A stretch of DNA of 64,000 nucleotides, taken from assembly GCA_001949185.1 (NCBI GenBank), contig BDGG01000001.1, forward strand, positions 1,168,652-1,232,651, written 5' to 3'. Source of the DNA: Ramazzottius varieornatus (Eukaryota; Animalia; Tardigrada). The position numbers were made by a program, and so were the translations under genes. Positions 38,296 to 49,447 of the stretch are shown piece by piece. Each line of letters starts with the position of its first letter. The stretch's first letter is position 1. The notes below the pieces were generated by a model. That model had not been told where the DNA came from, made no database searches, and was given only the letters and a program-made list of their open reading frames with translations.

Positions 38296-41200
38296 TCACG
38301 CCACGTAATGAAACACATTCAGATCACGCTCATCTCGCGCCAAATACCCTTTCTCAATCAGAAACTCAACCTGCTCCTTCAGCATCTTTCTGTTGGGGGC
38401 GAACAAATTTTTCAGCAGTTCTATCGTTTCTGTGTGGATTTCCGTCATGGTGGCCGTCTTCCTCGTCTTCATCATCTTGGTCACGGCTTCCTGTACGCGA
38501 AGTTCCCTCAAGGCCGTGATGGACTCTTGGTCTTCTTCCACATGTCTCTCCCCTCCGATCTGCAGCTTTCCGATCAGGTTGATCCGGCCTCGTTTCTGTG
38601 GCCGACCTGCTCTCGTCGGAGCGAAGTCCATGTTGATCCAGAACCGGGTAGCTGTTTCGAAGTCTTTGGCCGACTGAGCTTTCGGTGCGTAACACATCAC
38701 AACGTTACCACACTTTGCCAGTGTACAGAGCGTCCATAAAGTCCTGCGTAGCTCATTCTGTGGAAGTCCTAGAGCAAACACCAGAGTAAACTTTAATTCC
38801 ACGGAAGAAAACAAAAATCCGCCAGTCTCTCATGAACCCGCACACGACGTTTACTGTGTATTCCAATTATTGGCGTATGCAGGAACATGAAATGATTGCG
38901 CACCACAGCAGGTTACCTGTAGCGACTTGGAGGGCTTCCAGCGACAGCTTGGCTTTCTGGCAGTCGACGAAGGCTCTGAAGACTGTCATCTGGAACAAGG
39001 TCAGTTCCAGTTCGTATGTACCAATGTTCGAGGTAAACTGCGACACGACGGTACTGCTGCTGGCTGTCAGCCCCAGTTTGCGGCCCTGAAACCTTCCGCA
39101 GTACCATTTCTCGAATTCGGTCAAGAACTCCTCCACTTCGGAAGGCATGTGACAGACGGTTCTCTCCGTGCCTAAACGAGTCCACGAACAGCCGTTGAGC
39201 ACCTTTGGATCCACCTCCCCCAGGCGTGAAGAGGCGTGAGATTTTGATTCATGTTCCGCCCATTCCCGACCTGAAAAGACAACGAAGAACCAGTGAGTAA
39301 CACAGATGCGACCTGCATATAGTAAACCAGTACATCTAACGAAGACTATGTAGTCAGGTAGACGTCGAAACAAAGCTATTATTAGTCATCGACCTGCATA
39401 CAACAAGTCCGAAAAACGATCTGTACTCGTATGCAGGTGGCTGTCGGAAATCCCACATCGTACATGTGGATACAGTTCCATCGGGAAAGAAGGCCAAAAG
39501 AGATACGTAAGCGATTGTCGCACGGTTAACTTACTCAGATCTTCGCTGACACGAACATCACCAAACATTCTGTTAATTCTGTTTATCACTTCCGCAGGCA
39601 TGCCCACGTTCGCCAACCATCGGCACATCTCTTCTTCTAGATCAGAGTCTACCGACAAGCCCAAAATCAGCCTTCTCGCCAGCGTCGTTTGGTATATCTG
39701 CATGAAGATGTCCTTGCTAGTGATGTACTTCAGCACCTGCAACGTACTCTTCAACCGTTGACTGACTTCTTCCGAGCCCAATCTCCGACTCAACGTCGTC
39801 TTTCTCAGTAGAGAATCACAGAAATTAGCTAGCATTTCCGGACAACGCGACTCGACGTTGCCACTCCGGCCTTTGAGCTGCACGGAGAAGACGGAAGTGT
39901 CGTTCACAACTTCCTGGAAGCCACGATCTCTGGCAGATGTAAAGCGGTGGTCGTCGTTGAAGGCTTCGTGAACGAGTTTGGAGAAAGTCTGGTAGAGTGT
40001 GAGAAGCTTTTCGACGTACTTCTCTGGATCGTTGGCGACGATCGAAGCGGATTCCATCATATCATCTTTCCCTTTCCTGCAAGAAAACAATAACAATTTT
40101 CAAGAACAATAATCAAGCGGCATTCAAGCCACTCAACCACAACGCATGACGTCATATAAAACGCATCACTCTATTGTTGATTGGGTTCGCTTGATTGACA
40201 CACCTGACAATATATTCTTTCACGCAATCAATCAGCGGTTCAGGTCCATCCTTAACTCTGTCCAGCAACTTGAACAAAGTTCCCAGCGCTTCATTTCGTT
40301 GTTCTTCCACCATCTTCCTCGACTCGGCGATGATACTATCGAAGATTCTCGCATTCTTGATCAGGATATACACCAGCTTCTCATTCATGCGATTTATGGG
40401 CTCGGAGTAGTTCTTCGAAGGCACGAGATACTTCCGGGCGCGACTGTGTTCGTCGTAAAAGGTTTGCTCGGCCCAACGCGCGTAGTCCACCGCGGATCCG
40501 CTGGTAAAACGCTCGTTGGCAACTCGAGTATAGTAGGTCTCCAGAGTATTCAAATACATTTGTTCGTAAGAGTCTTCGAAGAACGAACGTTGTGGAGAGA
40601 CGTGAAAGAAAGAGTCGCGGACGTCAGTGATCAGGTTCCCGTAAGCCAATCCTTCTTCTCTTTCTGTCACCATCATGGCCGACACGATCTGTAGTAGCCT
40701 GGAGGTGAAGCATGCTAGAACGGTATCCTTCCACACCTACAAGGCAAACCAGACGGACTTGAGAAGATTCGGGTATTTATTAACCAAGCAGAACAACGAC
40801 CCCGTTCAAGTGGTGCACCAAAGACAAAGTGCTCCCACGTGTCTCAAACTGACGATTGCAAAACCACGTGGTACAATGAATTTCAAATGCGTCACTGCTA
40901 CCGAAAATTCACTTTGTGACGTCATCGTCTGCGCAACCGAAACTGGGTACTTCAGATTCGGGAAATTTGAATATTATTTTGTTTTTACCTCCATAAACAT
41001 TCGTCGTATCGGTCCTAGATCATCTCCCTTGTTTCCAGGTTTGAAACTTGAAGCGTCAGGGCCTTCCAGAAGGGCTTGGTCGATTGACTGGAAAGGCAGG
41101 TGAGCGTAGAGCGACAAGACAAAGAATTCCGTCCAATGCTGGACGTATTTCTGCAGGAAAGACATATCATCGTGTTCAGCGCCAATAAAATCCCGAGCGA

Positions 41201-41462
41201 CGGTCACTGCTTCAACAGTATCCTCTCGAAGAATTTTGTACAAGGCATGGGCGACATCGTCTTTGGGATCAGCCCACATAATGTACTGATGAACGCTGAA
41301 GAAAAGGTGCTGCCATTCGGGTTTGGGAACACAGCTTTGATTGAGCAACTTCAAGAAGGTTGGCCGGAATTCCTTGTGGTACATCTCGTGCGGATCCACT
41401 TCGCTCGATCCTCCGTCTTCCAGCATGCTGCTTCCGAACGAGGAATATCTCTGGGTGGCCAT
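38296..41462 (-). CDS. CUL5: Cullin-5-like protein (divergent)
   Basis: N-terminal PTFLKLLNQ.CV.K.EWQHLFFSVH, DPEKYVEKLL, ESRCPEMLANFCDSLLRKT.LSRRL, KDIFM...LARRLIL, and neddylation domain LRELRVQEAVTKMMKTRK...LFAPNRKMLKEQVEFLIEKGYLARDE; five exons. Confidence 0.9.
39310..39438. repeat. Family B inverted-repeat pair in a CUL5 intron
   Basis: ACCTGCATAC-N27-GTATGCAGGT (39392-39438), preceded by a degenerate unit starting near 39311. Confidence 0.7.
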
Positions 41463-41982
41463 GTTCGCTGCGAGATAAATGACTGAATGAGAACTCGTAA
41501 GTTGAAATTAGTTTTAGACCAAATCAATCTTCATTTCAATTTCCATGTCATTTTTGATTTCAATTTTCAGACAATTTCAGCGGACAGGCGACGGCTTGCC
41601 AAAGACTAGAGGGGTGCTTCATGGCAGTGTTTGTATGCTGTTGCTGTTTTCCGTACGTATGCTGTTTTCATGACCTGGGGTCGCAAAATTTTGTTCATCG
41701 AACGATACTCTTCCACACAGCTTTCCGTTTACCAGACAGTACCGTCTGAACGAGATGACGTCTAACCTAAATTGGGAAAAGCCTAATCAACGCCAAGGAT
41801 CCGACGTGGCAACTCAATCGCGACGGACCACCGAGCCCACCCAAAAACCACGCAATATTTCAGGCTTGTCTGAAACAAAACCCACGTAATGATACTCTAA
41901 AAAAGGAACTTGTCATGTAAGACGGAACGTCAACGGAATAGGAAAAGAAGGCAGTTATGGAAGGAACCATCGAGATCACAGA

Positions 41983-44900
41983 TTAGTTCTCGCTGTCAGA
42001 GCCTGGCTCTTCCTCTTCTTGTTCCCTCGGTGGACTCTCCAATTCAACCCGATGAATCACGCCCGGTTGGGCAATCCTGAAAACCCACAAAAATACTGAT
42101 CAGCTTTTCCCTTTCTGAACCTGAAAAATTTAAATCTTTCTCACCGATCCAAGTCGATATTCAGCGGACTAAAAAATATGCATTGCGCCGAGTCATACGT
42201 CGCTCGTTGCACGAGAAACTTCATCGCAGCTTCACGGTTCTTGTTGTCCTGCAACGGCCGAATTTAGAGCACTGAGTACCTGAGTTGACTATCACATTCT
42301 CACCATGCAGACTTCGAATTCGTCCAAAACCCTGAAAGGCGATCTTTGGTCCCAGAAGGATGTCAGGAGAGCGGCCAAGGCCATGGACCGTTCGCCACCC
42401 GACAAGACATTCAGCGGCCCCAAAACCGTGTTCGACCTGGGTGCTACTCTGTAGTCTACCGTACCCGCCGGAATGTTGACACTTAGTTGACACTTGAAAC
42501 CCTGTTCTTCCATCAAGGTTATACAGTGCTTTTGAGCTTGATCCGCAGCACGAGCCAATCCAACTTCCTTGTTCAGCACTCGTTGCTTCCAATTTTCGTC
42601 CATATACTAAATCGGCAAACATTGAGTATTAGATCACTTCAAACAAATGTGGGACATCGGCAGAAAAACTAAAAATCATCGTAATTCAAGTGGCATGCGC
42701 CCTCGTTGTTATTGACTCGAAGAGCGCGCCGCTTGGAAGAGTTTTCCAAGTGGCGCACGCTTCCAGCTAACATAAGTGAATACGTGCGTCACTTGCGAAA
42801 ACGATCATGTTGACATTTGCCGACGTCCATTAGAAAGCCGTTTCGAATATCGAGTGGAGAATGTAACCTTACTGTTTGTAGTTTCTTCGCATTTTCCAGG
42901 TCGCGAGTTCCATCCTTCTTTCGCTGTTCAAGGGTTTCGATCTGTTCATTCAGCTGCTTGCGGCTGATGGCGTCCTTGTTCATAAGGAGGTGTTCTTGTG
43001 CCTTATTCCAAATCTCCAGTTCTTTCAGCACGTCTTCAAAGGACTGCGTCGGCTCTGGCATCTCATCTGGGTCCTCCACATCCAGTTCGGCCAGTTCCTC
43101 TTCAACATTCTACACGGAAAAAGTTAAAAAATAAATTACGAACTCAGGAAATGAAATCTGCCCACCTTTTTATTCTCCTCGCAAGCAGCTATCAGCTTAT
43201 TTTTCTCCTTCAACTGCTTATTCAGCGTATCTTTTTCGGCTTTCAGTCTGACAATGGCTTCCTTCTTTTCCTTCTCCGCCCCTCTGGTCCGCATGGAAGC
43301 AGGTGCCGACGCCTGTTGAAGTGTGTTGTAGTTCTTCACGGCTTCCTTGTGCTCCTTCTCTAGCTTTTTGATGTTTGCACGCATTTGCTTAGCCGTTTCT
43401 GTACCTTTATGAATACTCTCATTCAATCTGGTCAACTCATCTGCAAAACACAAACCCGAAATTGCGCACACTGACAAACAAATAGCCAGCTCGATATGAT
43501 GTATTAACCACCTGCATACATGTCCTCGTTCAATGAGCCACAACTTTGTATGCAGCTGCTTCACACCTTTAGTTTTGTCTGCAGGAGTCGACCACCTGCA
43601 TACACGATTCCCACTCAGTAGCCCAGAGTTCGGTATGCAGGTAAGTAAAACTTTTATCCAGGTCCGAGACTCAACTTACCGTTTCCTTCTTCCGGCTGCT
43701 GTTCTTCTTCAGCGAGATCTTCTTCCTCTGGTTCTTCTCCCATTCCCTCGTCTTCATTGTTATCGACCACGCTAGGAGCTAGTGAAGAACGCGCAAGGGA
43801 GGCGTGCGACGTGGAAGGAAGAGTTTCTGACAGGGAGGGGTCCCATGCGGAGCGCTGCGTCTGTAATGGTTCTTCGAAGTTCGGCTGTGCTACCTTGAGC
43901 TCTTTCCGAGCAGAAACGCCATGCTGTACCGTCCTCATCATTCGGTCTTTCAGCTCGGTGAGTTGCTGTTTGACTTTGAACAGCTCTTCTGTCCTGTGTT
44001 CTCTCAGCTGTTTCTGTCCTGCCAGCTCAATCTTCTCACTTTCCGCCGCCCTGGAAAATGATCGAATATTCGAATCGCCTTGTTTCAACTGAGTTTCTAT
44101 TGATATCGTTGGGAAGCTTCCTCACGTGATGATTTGGGTGTAAGACGTGACGGTCTGCGGCGTCAGTGTACGCACTTCCGGGGCCGTAATGTTCCATGTA
44201 CCATTCTCGAAGCCGTAGCAGAATCCAGCAGCATCATACACCTGCATACAGAAACATTAAAATAAAAATCAAAAGTTTACTAGGAAGAGAAAATTGCCGA
44301 AGGAAAAATTTGTACCTTTTCAAGGCCGGGGATACCAGATATGGAAAGCCGCTGAGCCAAGGCGCTTTCTTCCACAAAAACGAAATTACGCGCCGGAAGG
44401 ACATTTTTCATCAGAATTTTCATCTCATTATTCTTGCCCACTTTCACGATATCCTGCATGAACTTCGCGTTGGGCGCGATCTTTCGTACATCGTCCCGAT
44501 TAATCCGGAAAGCTTCTGCGCTCAAAGCCTGCGAAATAATTTCTATCAATTCCTCTGCTGTTAGAAACGACCTACCCACGAATGACATTGACTCACGTCA
44601 TCAGGGAGAAGCAGAAACGCCGGCGGAGTGCATCCCTCGCTGCTGCAGAAGTATTTAATACCGCTGAGCACCCCGAAGTTCTCTGTTGTGCTGCTACCGG
44701 CCGGTACCAGCAAGAAGAAGGTCTCCAACCAAGGAGACAGAGCATGATCCGCAGCAATGCCGAAGGTGTCATCCCTTAGCGCCACTTCGTCCGCTGCAAA
44801 GCCACCACACTGATTAATACTTGGAAGTTCGGCAAACAAATTCCACCATACCATTTCCCCAAGCGACGCCAACGCGTCCAGCCAACGCGCGCCACCTGAA

Positions 44901-47900
44901 ATATCAAGTTTGCTGAGTTTTCGTAAAAGGCGGAAGTTCTTGGTATCATTGGCTGGAAGTGTGCTTCACTTGGGAAACAATCTCACCGAGATTTCCCAAG
45001 TGGCGCACACTCTCAGTCAGTACCAGAGAGAATGTACGCCAGTTGGGAAAACGATCTAGAAGAGTTTGCTGAACGAGCTCGTATTTTATTCACTGAATGA
45101 GAAAATTCTAGAAGCTTTCAAAGTTCAAAAAGTTACCGAGCAGTCCCAGGACTACACATCCTTTGTCGTCGTCATCCAACTTTGATAGGGCGGTGGCTAC
45201 GTTTCTTGTTTCCACACTAACAGAGCCCTTCCACGTTCGAACGCCGTCCTTCTTCAGTTGTTCTATTTCCTTTTCCTTTCTTCGATATTCTTCATCAACA
45301 TTACCCGCTTTGTCCAAATACTCTCTGAAAAAGCAATGTATTTCAATTTGAGATCACCCCGCGATATCAATTCGAGCTGACTCACATCAGTTCTTTGTAT
45401 CTTTTCTCCAGAGTCTCCAGTCTTCCATCGAGATCGTTCTCCCTCTCGTCCGACTGTAGAATCGATCGTTCCAACTCGTTTCGTCTTGAAGAAGTGCGAT
45501 TCACGATGGAATTATCGAATGAGCGGTTCGGAATGTTGAAGCTCTGCGCCCACTCTGCGGCGGACTGCTCACCGGAAGCCAAGGGCGATGCTCGTTGTCC
45601 AGACGTCGTCGAGATTCTTGAGCGTGCTTTCGGAGTCTTTCCGCCTGGACTCAATGCTTTAGCTTTCCTCTGTAAGCCCAAGAACGATCAAAGCGTTCAA
45701 CCTGAACTGTTTACAAACATAGTATTGTGACAGGGAAGATCAGCCAGCAAAATTTGGTCATGCCGCAAGCTCCTGCATACAGGAGCCCTATAACCAATGT
45801 AGGTATACTGTATGCAGGAGAGTGAAACACCCCAGTGGTACTGATCTCTTCAGCTCGTGCACCAGCATACACATACACAACTCCAAATATCAGTTCGCTG
45901 TATGCAGGTGGATAAAAACTGCGTACAGTAGCGCATCTCACGGTCAAAGTGAGTGTTTGCTTTCAGAGAAATACTAGCCGGCTTACTTTAAGGCTTGTGA
46001 GGGCCTTAGTATGCTCTTTCAGCTTTTCCTTGGCCGCCTCCAACGCTTTGCCCTTTTTCTCAGCCAGTTTCCTGTACTTCTCCATCTCTTCCGACTGCCT
46101 CAGCGTATGCTGAACCACCTCATCATCCTGTGTTGTGTTCTGCTTGGCTTCTAGCTCCCCATCGATATCGTCAAGCCTGTCTTTAATGTTGGCCACGGCT
46201 GTCTCCAGGTCGCTCAGCTCGTCTCTGAACTGCTTGTGCTCATAGTACAGTCGGTTCCTCCTGGCTCCTTCTAACTTCTCGTACAGGTCTTTCTCGTCGA
46301 TAGCAACGTCTCTTTTGCTCTTTTTCTCTTCCAGCTCCTTCTCCACAGCTACAGCTTCCTGCAGACACACGAACAGTAATACTACTTTCAGAAGACTGGG
46401 GCGGAATAGATAACGACATAATCAAGTGATTTCTTACCCTTTCGAGACGCGCGATCTCCTTGTCCGTCTCTCCTACGGACTTTCCGCTGCCTTGATTCGC
46501 GGTTTCCACTGTGTCGAAGCCCGAAGCTTGATAGAAAAACTACGAACCAGATGAAACAATCTCAGTAAACATTCGAATGCAACATTCGAAGCTCGGCAAG
46601 CAAACTCGGCAAGACGGTTTCCCAAGTGGCGCACGCTATTAGCCAATAACACGGAGAACGTGAGCCACTTGGGAAAACGATCTGATGGAGGTTCATAGGT
46701 TGGTTTTCCGAGTACTTGGTTCCATAAAGTTTCGAACTCTCAGTCTGGATGAAACTGAACTTACCTTGTACATAACTTTTGGCGTAGCAAGCTGCATAAA
46801 CTCTTTGCTCATTCGCTGGTTTAGAAAAAAGACCGGGTTGTCGATTTGGATATTCATCCGATGTACGATACGCTTCAGCATCGTTTGTGTGTCGCCAATC
46901 AATGCACCTACACGGAAAAACACTATAATTGTTTCCGAGGAGCCACCATCATAATGAAACTCTAGGTCATGAACTGTCCGGTCGACGCATGCGAAAGCAA
47001 AAAGACAAATGACGAATAAAATATAGTGTACCGTTCTCGTCGACGATGCGATACGCGTCCCGACTATTCTTCCCCTCTTTTTGAATTCGCCTTTCCACCA
47101 CGATGCTCTTTCCCCAAATCCCGGGCAGGTAAGCGTTTCGACCTTCGTTGGACAAAGTAACCCTGATGAAGGCGGTTCTGCAAAAAATTAGTAGGGAGAA
47201 TAATTTGGCATTGAACATAGAATCTGAAGTTTCGAAACCAAGAGTTGTCTTACTTTCTTCCATGCTTCACAAAGTCGGAAAGCTTTCCTTTTCGGTCAGT
47301 CAGCGTACATCTTCCTCCTAAAGCGATAGCGATGGCAGAAGCAATCGAGCTTTTCCCACCTGTTGAACAAAATGAACAAACAATTCGCATCGGAAAATCA
47401 TTCAGAATGATTCATTCTAAATAAAGAAAGCGACAGTCAAGAGTTTTGGAACGGAGGACCTTACTTCCATTTGATCCGGTAACGAAGTTAACTGAAGATC
47501 CAAACTCGACAGCAAAATCCGAGTGAATGAGAAAGTCTTTCATCTCGACCTTCTTGATCCATCCGGCGGCCTTCTTGTACACCACCGAACCTTCCGACGG
47601 CGTCGTAGACTCTGGTCTTTCTGCCACAGCAGACTCTTCCGACCTTCTATCTTCGCTATTCCTGGCAGATCCATTCACTCCGGAAGAGATACTCTGCAAG
47701 TAGACGAACAAAACACTCACTTCCGGTCGGACGGTTGAGATCATTTCGAAACCAGCCGAGTTACAGCCACAAGCATAACTGAGACCCAAACACTGACGCC
47801 ACCAAAGCTTACCAACATGACGACGTCACAGCAAATGGGTGACGATTTTAACCGGTGCTGTAACCGGTGCTGTAACCGCTGAATTCAACTTATTCAACAT

Positions 47901-48097
47901 TCTGCATTTCAAAGCCAACTTACTGCGACTGGGGAAACTGTTCTCCTCTGCTTAGACGCTTGTTCCGACTGCTCAGGATTCGGAGAGATTAGAGCTGGAC
48001 GTTTCTGTCGCTCCATCAGAGGTGTACTGGTGACGGGCGGTAGGAAACTGTCACGCGACTTGGGTTTGACTGTCCAGGTATCGCCAATGCGAGGCAT
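41983..48097 (-). CDS. SMC6: Structural maintenance of chromosomes protein 6 (divergent, multi-exon)
   Basis: Walker A NFVTGSNGS|GKSS; SMC6-type LSNEG..AY.P..WGKSIVVERRI; NIQIDNPVFFLNQ Q-loop; coiled coils and hinge; signature LSGGERS; Walker B SPFRVLDEFEVCM|D. Junctions I checked keep frame. Start is ATG 48097 or 48016. Confidence 0.9.
42687..42805. repeat. Family A element (two units) in an SMC6 intron
   Basis: CAAGTGGCATGC-N25-GCGCGCCGCTTG and CAAGTGGCGCAC-N25-GTGCGTCACTTG. Confidence 0.85.
43510..43642. repeat. Family B pair in an SMC6 intron
   Basis: ACCTGCATAC-N28-GTATGCAGCT and ACCTGCATAC-N29-GTATGCAGGT. Confidence 0.8.
44924..45080. repeat. Family A element (two units) in an SMC6 intron
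   Basis: Degenerate unit ending GTGCTTCACTTG (44961-44972), then CAAGTGGCGCAC-N25-GTACGCCAGTTG, ending GAGCTC. Confidence 0.8.
45771..45909. repeat. Family B pair in an SMC6 intron
   Basis: TCCTGCATAC-N29-GTATGCAGGA and ACCAGCATAC-N29-GTATGCAGGT. Confidence 0.8.
46590..46683. repeat. Family A element in an SMC6 intron
   Basis: AGCTCGGCAAGCAAACTCGGCAAGACGGTTTCC-CAAGTGGCGCAC-N25-GTGAGCCACTTG-GGAAAACGATCT. Confidence 0.85.
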
Positions 48098-48359
48098 GTT
48101 GGATTCCCTGATATCAACGCACTGGAGCGTCTCCGTTGCCAGACTCTACCGCGGAACTAGCCGCTGCATCACACCTCAGCCTAGTCGGGGTTCATCGAGG
48201 GCTGCAGTCAGATATCAAACGTAATCAGACAAAGATAAACCCTTGCAAAAAGAACAGTTCGATTATCGACCAATAAACAAACCAGTAGGACCCAACTGCT
48301 CACCTAGCCTTTCGATGCGAAACAACCACACAGGAGGCTTCTCCTCTGTGATAAGTGCT

Positions 48360-48480
48360 GAAATAAACGTGGAGAAACAAGACCCAAGTTTTGATCCCGT
48401 ACAGGCAAGATGGGGAATGGAAAAAGCTGGAAGATGCGACAGAACGGGCAAAATATGCAACGATGAAGGGGCTGTCTCGC
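48360..48480 (+). pseudogene. Possible HMG-box remnant
   Basis: VEKQDPSF followed, in another frame, by GEWKKLEDATERAKYATM, resembling HMG-box helices 2-3; no intact gene model. Confidence 0.3.
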
Positions 48481-49447
48481 CGATTCAATCAATCAAGAGA
48501 AGAGCAGCTGAACGTCTCTGCTTGTCGCAAACTCTCTTTCGGTCGGAAGGCCGTCCCCTTGTGCCACCGCCGCACCAGCAACGACAGCAAGCAGTTTCTG
48601 GCACTTCTTACAATCTCCATCTTTGCTAAACTGGTGAAACGCCTTGAATGTTCTTTCTAGTGACCTTGAGTTTAATAGTAACGATACCGTTAGCTCGTAT
48701 CACGGATCGCTCGGGTTCAAGCATAGTGTTTTCCGTACCGTTTGATCACGCGTGGATTTGAGAGCTTCGGCACCGAGTAGGCTCGCCGATCGCTCATCCG
48801 AATCCTGGTATTCGTTTCTGTAACAGTTTGAAGGAAAAGGACACCCAAGCTTAGCCACCAGCCGGGAAGTGTCGGACATGGGCACCGCCGGAGAATGTGG
48901 TCAACCTTTTTCCCCCCAGAAATACCAATCTGTCGTCTCGAAGAACCTATTGTCGTGGACGTTTTCGTGTCTTTGAGGTGACTTTGACGTCATTGAAGTA
49001 AACCTGCACAATTCTTCATTTTTGTAGAATATCGTGGCGTGAATATAATTGCGACGTTTGAAACGAGCAACCCAGCAGGAATTTTTCAGTTCATATCTCC
49101 ACCCGAAACTCTTGGTACACTCTATCTGCTCAAGTCGTATGACCCTACCTTTATAAATTACACAAGTACATCCTTATCAGACAAGACTTTCCCCCGCGTC
49201 CTACTGCCAAACAATAGGACAACAGCTCATATCACCAAGAACCAGCCTGCGCGCTGCACCACTGTCACGATCACGAGCGCAACGCAGATGACAAAAAGAT
49301 ACCTTTGGCGGCGTCAGCCGTCAGGATAAGCTAGCCATATAATGCTAACATTTCGTCCCTATGATACCCGCGGTCCTTTTCACATACCCTCACAATCCAT
49401 CCTCCCTTTTCGCTTTTCCCAGTTGAAGTGCTACTCTACCAGGAAAA

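Noticed and set aside
44280-44872. Apparent frameshift in the SMC6 hinge (pseudogene)
   Set aside because: Resolved by a 68-nt phase-0 GT-AG intron (44596-44529).
1235-46683. CRISPR-like interpretation of Family A/B repeat-spacer units
   Set aside because: Eukaryotic context; arms are inverted rather than direct, dispersed in ones and twos; Family A spacers share a consensus; no cas genes.
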